From Armatimonadia bacterium (GTDB lineage: Bacteria > Armatimonadota > Zipacnadia > Zipacnadales > JABUFB01), in contig JBDKVB010000017.1 of the NCBI GenBank assembly GCA_039679385.1, forward strand, positions 5,399-69,398: a DNA stretch of 64,000 nt, in the 5' to 3' direction. Below, piece by piece: positions 57,367-64,000 of this stretch; position 1 is the first letter of the stretch, and the number at the start of each line of letters is the position of its first letter. Made by a program: the position numbers and the translations under genes. The notes beneath the pieces are model-generated. The model did no database searches and had not been told where the DNA came from. It saw nothing but the letters and a program-made list of their open reading frames with translations.

Positions 57367-58381
57367 CGTCCTCAGCCAGAGGCTGCGCCGGGATCTGGGC
57401 ATGACCGTTGCGGTCTGGTTCGCCCCGGATACAGCGCCGGAGACCGCCCTGGGATTCCTGCGCCAAACCCTCGACGATGCGGAGCTCTTCGTGGACCCGC
57501 AGAACGTGGTGCTGGTCGTGGACGGGTGTCCGGGGGCTGTGGATCCGGTTCTGAGGGCGGCCGAGGAGATGCAGGAGCGGTGCGGGAGCTCCCCGCGAGT
57601 CGACGTACAGGAGCAGAACCTCGGGCAAGGTGGCGCGGTGGCTCGCGGGCTCGAGGTGCTTCTGGACACCACTGAGGCCCAGTATCTTTGTACGCGAGAC
57701 GTAGACGGTGACCACGACCTCTACGATCTTCCGCAACTGGCACGCCGGTTGGAGCAACTGCGGGACAGCGAAGGCCAGGAGGGGGTCTTCGTGGTTGGCA
57801 GTCGTGCAGATCGTCATCGGCCGATGGGGTATGCTCGCGGAGAGCTGGAGGAGTTGCTCAATGAGGTGACGGTGCAGACGCTCACAGCCCTTGGCTCGCC
57901 GCCTGACCTGAGGCACTGCCGGCTGTACGAAGGCTACGCCGACTTCCAGAGCGGGTACAAGGTCTACACGCGCCAGACCGCGCAAGAGGCGGCTCAGGCC
58001 CTGCGCGTGGCGGACGCAACAGAGCCCTCAGAGGAAGTGCTGCGCTGGGGCGTGCAGTTCATCAGCACCGTCGAGCTTCTGCGGCAAGGCGCGGTGCCGG
58101 CGTCCGTCAACCGCCTCACCTACGACCAGCAGCCTCAGACCACCTTCGAGGGCCATGACGACCTTCCACGAGCCTTCGGACGGCAACTGGCCTGGCTGTT
58201 CCGCCATCTCCAGGTCCGCCCGGAACTCGCCTGGCCGATCCTGGACACCGCCCTTGCCGGGACACTTCTCGCCACCGTCCCTGGCGGATCAGAGACGCTC
58301 CTGAACCTGCGCGAATACGTGGCGCAGCACACCTGGAGGCAGTCCGCTCCCCGACCCTGGCCGAGGGGCATGATGTTCTGA
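57353..58381 (+). CDS. Divergent GT-A (GT2-like) glycosyltransferase candidate / hypothetical protein
   Basis: Order VVLVVDGCPG ... QNLGQGGAVARG ... TRDVDGDHD resembles the GT2 layout. It overlaps the mscS stop by 14 nt, and its stop overlaps the next start (ATGA). The listed N-terminal extension to 56810 is rejected. Confidence 0.45.
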   Translation: MNMPSVLSQRLRRDLGMTVAVWFAPDTAPETALGFLRQTLDDAELFVDPQNVVLVVDGCPGAVDPVLRAAEEMQERCGSSPRVDVQEQNLGQGGAVARGLEVLLDTTEAQYLCTRDVDGDHDLYDLPQLARRLEQLRDSEGQEGVFVVGSRADRHRPMGYARGELEELLNEVTVQTLTALGSPPDLRHCRLYEGYADFQSGYKVYTRQTAQEAAQALRVADATEPSEEVLRWGVQFISTVELLRQGAVPASVNRLTYDQQPQTTFEGHDDLPRAFGRQLAWLFRHLQVRPELAWPILDTALAGTLLATVPGGSETLLNLREYVAQHTWRQSAPRPWPRGMMF

Positions 58382-58845
58382 TGTCGGCACAGTCTGTTCT
58401 GGGGAACCTGCGCCGGTGGCTGCAGGGGATTCTGACCGTGCCGGAGATCCCGCTGGCAACGGGAGAGAGTCGCCGCCGAGCCCCAGAGGTGCCGCGCTCA
58501 CACCTTGGCACAGGGGCCGAGGAGGCTGCCCTGCGTCACCTGAGGGCGAAGGGTCTGCGCCTCATGTGCAGGAATCGCGCCAACGTCTGCGGCGAGCTTG
58601 ACCTGGTGATGGAGCAGGGAGAGACGGTGGTGATCGTCGAGGTCCGGGCCAGGACGGTCGGCTCGGCGGTCTCCAGCCATGATGCGGTCGGCCCGCAGAA
58701 GCTGGCGAAGGTCAGACGGACGGCCGAGCTGTTCCTGCGCCAGCACAGACTTGAGAAGCGCAAGGTGCGGCTGGATGTCGTCGCGGTGGAGATGAGCCAC
58801 CAGGGTACAGTCACCAGCCTGGAACACTTCGAAGCCGTGGCCTGA
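58381..58845 (+). CDS. YraN family (UPF0102) predicted endonuclease
   Basis: EAALRHLRAKGLRLMCRNRANVCGELDLVMEQGETVVIVEVRAR matches the UPF0102 core. The start may be later than 58381. Confidence 0.65.
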   Translation: MSAQSVLGNLRRWLQGILTVPEIPLATGESRRRAPEVPRSHLGTGAEEAALRHLRAKGLRLMCRNRANVCGELDLVMEQGETVVIVEVRARTVGSAVSSHDAVGPQKLAKVRRTAELFLRQHRLEKRKVRLDVVAVEMSHQGTVTSLEHFEAVA

Positions 58846-58874
58846 AGCCGGAACAGCTCGACCTGATCCGTGCG

Positions 58875-60107
58875 CTAAGACTCGCTGAAGATCGACTTCC
58901 CCGCACTCAGACAGGCCGCAAGTTGCCGGTCAGCGGCCTCGATAGCCTCCCAGGCCACACGGTCCACAGGATCGCTGCGATCCAGCCCGCAGGTGTGCTC
59001 CAGCACGTAGGGCACGCCCTGGGAGAAGACCTCCTCACCAAAGGCCGTGTCGGGAGCGAAGGGCTCACCATGCTCGTCGAGGGCATGGAAGCGCATGCCG
59101 GCCGCTGCGCACAGAGCCGTGAAGCGTCCGGCCCCGCCGTACTGGATCTGCAGCAGAAGCGGCCCGATGACCCGGTCCTCGCGGCTCAGCTTGCGGGTCA
59201 CGTCTCGGCCGACGCGGTAGATGGTATCGCCCAGAGCCTGGTTGCAGAAGCGGCCGAGCAGGTCCTCGATATGCTCGCCTAGGCCGGCCTCGCTGAACTC
59301 CTCCGGGTACTGTGCACTCAGCGCGCGGGCCGATTCCCACATGCCGGATCGCGTTGCTTCCCCGACCGTGCGGTGCTCGATTGCCTGCCAGGTGTAGACC
59401 AAATCGGGGGCTTCGAGATGCGCGAAGTAGGCACACAGCGCATGGCCGAAGTTGTGGATGAAGCTCTTGCGGTCGACGTAGGCGACCATGTTGTCCTTGG
59501 GGTCGAGACCGGGCACCGCGGGAATCGGGTTCTTGAAGCCGCGCCGATCGCAGATGAGGGTGTTGTAGGCCTCGGCATAGACCAGCAGCGGGTCGGTAGC
59601 CCGGACCTCCTGGGGCATGATCGGCACCATCTTGCCGATGCTGGTTTCGACCAGGCCGACCCAGTCCTCCAGCGGGAAGCCTTCCGGCAGCAGCTTGCGC
59701 AGGCCGTTTTCCATATGGCTCGCGGCGTCACGGAGATTCTCGCACAGGATGATGTCCAGAGGTGGCAAATTGGCGTCGCGCCGTCGCTGCAGCGCTGCAG
59801 CAATCGCGGGCTGTGTCGTCGGTAGTGCCTTCGGGCCGACCGAGGTGCCGCAGAGCGTGCAGGTGGTCAACTCCTCGGCCACGGCGTCCAGGTCCCGGCC
59901 GTTGACGGCCCTAAGGTTCTCGACCCAGAAGGTCTGCGGAGTACGGTCCTTGATCTCCACACGGTAGCGCTTCTGCTCGTTCAGCGCCCTGACGACCTCC
60001 TCCACCACATCGACAAAGACGACCTCGAACCCGGCTCGCGCGAAAAGCTGGCCGATGAAGGAGCGGCCGATGTTGCCTGCACCGAACTGCACGTACTTGG
60101 CTTGCAT
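58875..60107 (-). CDS. mtlD: Mannitol-1-phosphate 5-dehydrogenase (mannitol dehydrogenase family)
   Basis: N-terminus MQAKYVQFGAGNIGRSFIGQLFARAGFEVVFVDV closely resembles MtlD. Start trimmed to 60107. Confidence 0.7.
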   Translation of the reverse strand: MQAKYVQFGAGNIGRSFIGQLFARAGFEVVFVDVVEEVVRALNEQKRYRVEIKDRTPQTFWVENLRAVNGRDLDAVAEELTTCTLCGTSVGPKALPTTQPAIAAALQRRRDANLPPLDIILCENLRDAASHMENGLRKLLPEGFPLEDWVGLVETSIGKMVPIMPQEVRATDPLLVYAEAYNTLICDRRGFKNPIPAVPGLDPKDNMVAYVDRKSFIHNFGHALCAYFAHLEAPDLVYTWQAIEHRTVGEATRSGMWESARALSAQYPEEFSEAGLGEHIEDLLGRFCNQALGDTIYRVGRDVTRKLSREDRVIGPLLLQIQYGGAGRFTALCAAAGMRFHALDEHGEPFAPDTAFGEEVFSQGVPYVLEHTCGLDRSDPVDRVAWEAIEAADRQLAACLSAGKSIFSES

Positions 60108-60281
60108 GGCTTCAACCTGGTTCCCTGGGAAGTGGTGCGCCCGACAAACGGGACGATTGTACCGCAAAGCGCAGCAGGAGGCGAATCCTGTGGCCGCCGG
60201 CGTCTTGACGCACCGTCGTGCCTGCGGCATAGTAGGCATCGTCTTCCGGTCTGACCTGGCAAGGATGAGGAGTGATGGAGT

Positions 60282-60692
60282 TTGCAGCTCTTGCTTGAGT
60301 GGCTAAGCTATCTCGGCGTCGGTTTGCTTGTGGGCACCTTCTCTGGGCTGTTCGGAGTCGGCGGCGGCGTCATAATGGTCCCGCTCATCGTGCTCATCTG
60401 GAAGCATGACCCGAAGATCGCCATCGGGACTTCCCTTGCGGCAATGGTGCCGACGTCCTTCGTGGGTGCCCTGCGTCACTATGGCCTCGGCAACGTCAAT
60501 CTGCATCTGGCGGCCTGTCTGGCCGTCGGAGCCGCCCTGGGCACAGCCTTCATCGGCGCGCCGCTGGTGAAGTACCTGCCCAGCGAACTGCTCAAGAGGA
60601 TGTTCGGCGTTGTGATGATCGTTTCCGGTCTGCAGTGGTCGGGTCTTGTCGAACTGGTCAAGAGCCTCTTTGTGCACAGCCCGAGTTCCTAG
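60282..60692 (+). CDS. TauE/SafE (TSUP, DUF81) family membrane protein, half-size single-repeat form
   Basis: GLFGVGGGVIMVPLIVL and AIGTSLAAM motifs. Only 136 aa (4 TM). Confidence 0.6.
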   Translation: MQLLLEWLSYLGVGLLVGTFSGLFGVGGGVIMVPLIVLIWKHDPKIAIGTSLAAMVPTSFVGALRHYGLGNVNLHLAACLAVGAALGTAFIGAPLVKYLPSELLKRMFGVVMIVSGLQWSGLVELVKSLFVHSPSS

Positions 60693-60730
60693 ACCAACCC
60701 GGCCTGCGCCGCCCTTCCGGCAGAACCAAA

Positions 60731-60757
60731 GTAGCCCCCTGAGACCCAGGGGGCTAC
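60731..60757. terminator. Perfect 11-bp hairpin (gtagccccctg/cagggggctac) between convergent genes; rho-independent terminator for the minus-strand PEP-CTERM gene (UUUGGUU tail on the minus strand)
   Basis: Inverted repeat read from the sequence. Confidence 0.5.
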
Positions 60758-60783
60758 AACTGTCTGTCGAAGGTAGTGGCGCG

Positions 60784-61929
60784 TCAGGCCGACTTGCGTC
60801 GCCGCCGTAGGAACCCAAGCCCGGCCAGGCCCAGCCCCATCAGGGCGAAGGTGCCAGGCTCCGGAACATCGTAGCTCACCCGCAGGTTGGACTCCGCACC
60901 GTCGTTACGGCACCCTGAAGTCCAATGCACGCCGATCCAGTCGTCCGTGCCGGACAGGGCTGTGAAGTCCGGCAGGAGCGACAGCGGGATCCTCACACCG
61001 ATCTGATAGACGTCGTAACCGTCCTCGACAAGCACGTCGCCACTCTTGGTCAGACGGTAGTACTCGACGTCAGCGTTGCCCAGGTACTGGTCTGCGGGCA
61101 GCGACGCGCCCTCGAAGTTCGTGTACAGCAGGTTCCCCTGCTCGGTCGTACCGCCATCCTCGGCCGCGTAGTTCAGCCCGGCCGAGACGTACCAGTCGCC
61201 CGCGATGTACGGATACCCCAACTGCCCTGGATCAGTGTCCAGCACAGTCTCGTAGACCTTGTCGCCCAGCATGCTCTGCTTGGGCTCGCCCACACCGTCG
61301 CTGATACTGGTGCCGATGTTGTCCATCGTGTCGGCCAGATTGATGTCGACACCGTAGGCGTAGTCCTTGCCCTTGAGGTGGATCGCGAGGTCGCCACTCG
61401 CGATGTAGAAGGAGTCATACATGTCGATCCGACTCTCGCCGTATCCGCTGGGCTGCGGGAAGGAGGTCACGATCGACACATACAGGTAGTCGGGGTCAAG
61501 GCCCAGATACATGGCCTCGACGTCGTAGGGCTCTTCACCCTCAGGGCGGTGGTACGTCGGGTTATTGGTTGAGTGGGTGCTGTCCAGGTTCTGGTACTGG
61601 AAGGCCTCCCACGCCCCGGTCTGGCTATCCCAGTCGTCATCAGCGCCGGGAAGCCCCGGTGCCGTCGACGGTGATCCATACCAGTTGTCGACGGCCCAGT
61701 TGCCGCCGATACTCGTCGTGGGTGCCCAGTCGTTGACGAAGGCGTCAGTGACGTTGTGAGTGGTGCCCTTGGTATCGGTCAGCGTCGTGGAGCCGACATC
61801 GAGGAGAACCCCGAAGGTCTTATACAGCATGCAGTCTGATACATCGGCGTCGCCCCAGTAGGTCGCCGCCGAGGAGACGGTGCATAGGAGAGAGAGTATA
61901 AGTGCTGCCCATAGCGGTACTGATCGCAT
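60784..61929 (-). CDS. PEP-CTERM sorting-domain secreted protein (exosortase substrate)
   Basis: C-terminal VPEPGTFALMGLGLAGLGFLRRRRKSA is the PEP motif plus TM plus basic tail. N-terminal signal peptide MRSVPLWAALILSLLCTVSSAA. Start trimmed to 61929. Confidence 0.8.
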   Translation of the reverse strand: MRSVPLWAALILSLLCTVSSAATYWGDADVSDCMLYKTFGVLLDVGSTTLTDTKGTTHNVTDAFVNDWAPTTSIGGNWAVDNWYGSPSTAPGLPGADDDWDSQTGAWEAFQYQNLDSTHSTNNPTYHRPEGEEPYDVEAMYLGLDPDYLYVSIVTSFPQPSGYGESRIDMYDSFYIASGDLAIHLKGKDYAYGVDINLADTMDNIGTSISDGVGEPKQSMLGDKVYETVLDTDPGQLGYPYIAGDWYVSAGLNYAAEDGGTTEQGNLLYTNFEGASLPADQYLGNADVEYYRLTKSGDVLVEDGYDVYQIGVRIPLSLLPDFTALSGTDDWIGVHWTSGCRNDGAESNLRVSYDVPEPGTFALMGLGLAGLGFLRRRRKSA

Positions 61930-62125
61930 CGGTAAAGCCTTTCGGCGAAAGCCAACACCCAACCCAGACAAGCGTCTGCCGGCCCTCTGACCCGCCCGCC
62001 ATCGCCTGCCTGGCTTCAATTCTTGACCACCGACTATGTTCTTACCCTAAGGAGGCGGACATGTCAAGGCTTCGCCGTACATACCTCAGTCCTTCGGCCA
62101 TATGCGACGAAGCCTGAGGGCCCGA

Positions 62126-62821
62126 TCACTCCGGGGCGTCCTGGCCCTGCTTCGCCCAGAAGGTGAGACGCAACCCGGTGTAGATGAAGGCGATGCCCAG
62201 CAGGGCGATGACGATCCCGCAGGCGTAGATCAGCCCGTGGTAGATGTCATCGGTGAGCCAGTTGCGCCCCGTCACGATGACCGCGCCAACGATCAGGTAC
62301 CAGGAGAAGTCGGAGGCTTCGTGACCCAGGTAGAAGGACAGATACTCCGGGACCGTCCGCGGCGCCATCGTCGCGAGTTGACCTGCGCCGACCGTCGCCC
62401 ACCAGGCGGTGAAGTAGGGATTGGCGGCGCATACTGCAGCGCCCCAGAGGATCAGTTGCGGCCAGGAGTAGACTTGGGCTCCTGCCTGACTCAGGTCCAG
62501 CGTCAGGTGCGGCACACTGCGGACCATGTCGAAGCCCATCCAGGCGAGACCGGCTCCACCCAGAAGTCCAATCGCTCCGCGGACGCGAGGTCTTCCCAGC
62601 ATCGCCTGCAGCCCCATCGCGAGCAAGGCGACGGTGACCAGCTCCAGGAGCGCGTGCCCGGTGATCAGCCCGACCACACCCCGGAGTCCCTGCAGCACTG
62701 TCTGCCCGATAACCGCCACCAGCAGCGGCCCCGGCATGATGGCGCCGGAGAAGCCGGTGATGAAAGCCAGCCCGAAGAGCTTGGGCAGGACTGAAGGCGA
62801 GCGGCCAGGAGCTTCTGACAT
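62126..62821 (-). CDS. LysE/RhtB-family amino-acid efflux transporter
   Basis: Six TM. N-terminal FITGFSGAIMPGPLL motif typical of LysE-type translocators. Confidence 0.75.
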   Translation of the reverse strand: MSEAPGRSPSVLPKLFGLAFITGFSGAIMPGPLLVAVIGQTVLQGLRGVVGLITGHALLELVTVALLAMGLQAMLGRPRVRGAIGLLGGAGLAWMGFDMVRSVPHLTLDLSQAGAQVYSWPQLILWGAAVCAANPYFTAWWATVGAGQLATMAPRTVPEYLSFYLGHEASDFSWYLIVGAVIVTGRNWLTDDIYHGLIYACGIVIALLGIAFIYTGLRLTFWAKQGQDAPE

Positions 62822-62901
62822 GACCCACTTCCAAGACGAGAGGCATGCAGGACCACGTAGCGATTACCCTACCACAAAGCGGCCTGCGCACTCCAGAGCT
62901 C

Positions 62902-63450
62902 TCAGAGAGATCTGACGCCTCCGGGAGGTCGCCACAGCCCGCGGAGGATCTGCTCGTGATCGCGCTCGATCCGCAAACGTTCCTGCTCGAGACTCGCCAG
63001 TTGCTCATCAGTCAGTCGGCCCTCGGCGCGCGCCGCATCGACTTCCTCCTGGTCCAGCACGGTGAGGTTCCCGGCGGCATCGAACCACAGGTCCAGGAGA
63101 AGGTCGAGGTAAGTCACCGTCTCGTCCTGGATCACCGGCGGCTCGCTGAGGTGATAGCAGTACCCGTGCAGTGCGCGCTCCGGGCCGTACATCTCCCACA
63201 GCACGTGGGCCACGCCCTCTCGGTAGTGAGCGATCGTCAGCGACCCGGCCAGGATCACAAAGGGCCCCAGGTGGGTGTCCCGGGTCACATCATAGCGAAG
63301 GACCACGTAGCCCGGTTCGCGGTGCAGCAACTCGCACCAGTAGGACTCGTCCGGCACGTTCAGCTTGCGAGCGATCTCCAGTACCTGCACCCGGAAGGCC
63401 TCCGGCGGGAGAGTTGGGGCATTACGGCCACCTTTCTCTGCCCTGTCCAC
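62902..63450 (-). CDS. DUF402 family protein (RNase G/E-associated-like)
   Basis: YLDLLLDLWFD acidic motif and overall size fit DUF402. Low-moderate confidence. Confidence 0.5.
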   Translation of the reverse strand: MDRAEKGGRNAPTLPPEAFRVQVLEIARKLNVPDESYWCELLHREPGYVVLRYDVTRDTHLGPFVILAGSLTIAHYREGVAHVLWEMYGPERALHGYCYHLSEPPVIQDETVTYLDLLLDLWFDAAGNLTVLDQEEVDAARAEGRLTDEQLASLEQERLRIERDHEQILRGLWRPPGGVRSL

Positions 63451-63561
63451 GGGTCCCTGCTCGAGACTCCCGTGTCGCGGAGGTGATGGCGACGGCGGGA
63501 GGGAAATCGGAAGCGTTGCGGTCGCAGCCCTGGACGCGACTGCAGAGAGGAGCCGAACAGC

Positions 63562-64000
63562 ATGACCCGCCCTTACTCCCTTCTACTCGCACTCCTGGTG
63601 GCAGTCGGCACCCTTGTCCCTTGCCACGCCGAGAACGCCTTCGCACGTAACCTCACCGACTACGGCCTGCCGCTCCTCGGGCTCGGCGTGGTTGCGAAGG
63701 GCCTGACCAACGAGGGCAAGGACAAGGAGACGATCAGGATCGCCGCGGAGGCAATGCTTGCCAGCGAGGCAGTGGTCCAGGTACTCAAGCCCTTGGTGGG
63801 CGAGGACCGTCCCAACGGCAAGTCCGGCTACAGCTTTCCCAGTAGCCACGCTTCACTGGCCTTCGCCGGTGCGACCGTCCTGGCCGAGAACCACCCGAAG
63901 CAGAAGTGGTGCTGGTATGCGCTTGCCGCAGGCATTGCGTGGTCACGGGTGGACCTCCGAGCACATCACACCCACGACGTCGTCGCTGGCGCCCTGTTAG
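63562..64000 (+). CDS. PAP2-superfamily phosphatase (phosphatidic acid phosphatase type 2 / haloperoxidase fold), 3'-partial
   Basis: KxxxxxxRP (KPLVGEDRP), PSSH (SFPSSHAS) and SRxxxxxHxxxD (SRVDLRAHHTHD) motifs. Signal peptide. ORF runs off the end of the window. Confidence 0.75.
   Translation, partial: MTRPYSLLLALLVAVGTLVPCHAENAFARNLTDYGLPLLGLGVVAKGLTNEGKDKETIRIAAEAMLASEAVVQVLKPLVGEDRPNGKSGYSFPSSHASLAFAGATVLAENHPKQKWCWYALAAGIAWSRVDLRAHHTHDVVAGALL

Noticed and set aside
1-64000. Search for CRISPR arrays, tRNA or rRNA genes and mobile elements
   Set aside because: No regularly spaced direct repeats, no tRNA-like cloverleaf or T-loop GGTTCGAAT-type sequences in intergenic regions, and no transposase, integrase or phage genes. 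Composition is uniform, so there is no evidence of a genomic island.

Overview
This 64 kb window is high-GC (about 65-68%) bacterial chromosome with roughly 55 protein-coding genes and no rRNA, tRNA, CRISPR array, transposase or integrase that I can see. Most of it is ordinary housekeeping and carbohydrate metabolism: smc-ftsY; galK divergent from an ilvD-ilvB-ilvB'-ilvN-(pentapeptide)-(small membrane)-ilvC operon led by a T-box riboswitch; NADP-type glutamate dehydrogenase; rnhA; a tldD/pmbA pair; a D-aminoacylase; several SDR/MDR dehydrogenases; a class II aldolase; GH-like and SGNH hydrolases; a response regulator; MscS; and a PEP-CTERM protein, which implies an exosortase lineage. The stand-out region is 8.06-15.43 kb. 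It holds three consecutive plus-strand genes with their own promoters and terminators, encoding signal-peptide proteins with extreme Met/Gly/Pro/Ala low-complexity tracts (MPGMPGMPG, MGGMMGGGM) encoded by 9-bp tandem repeats. The middle gene is a 1415-aa giant with three internal copies of a ~360-aa module that matches no family I recognise. Other notable items are a T-box leader in front of ilvD in a high-GC genome, a tandem duplicated ilvB large subunit, foreign genes embedded inside the ilv operon, and an RNase HI / dual-specificity phosphatase / DUF58 cluster lacking a MoxR partner. All functional calls come from motif recognition in the translated ORFs; no database search was possible.
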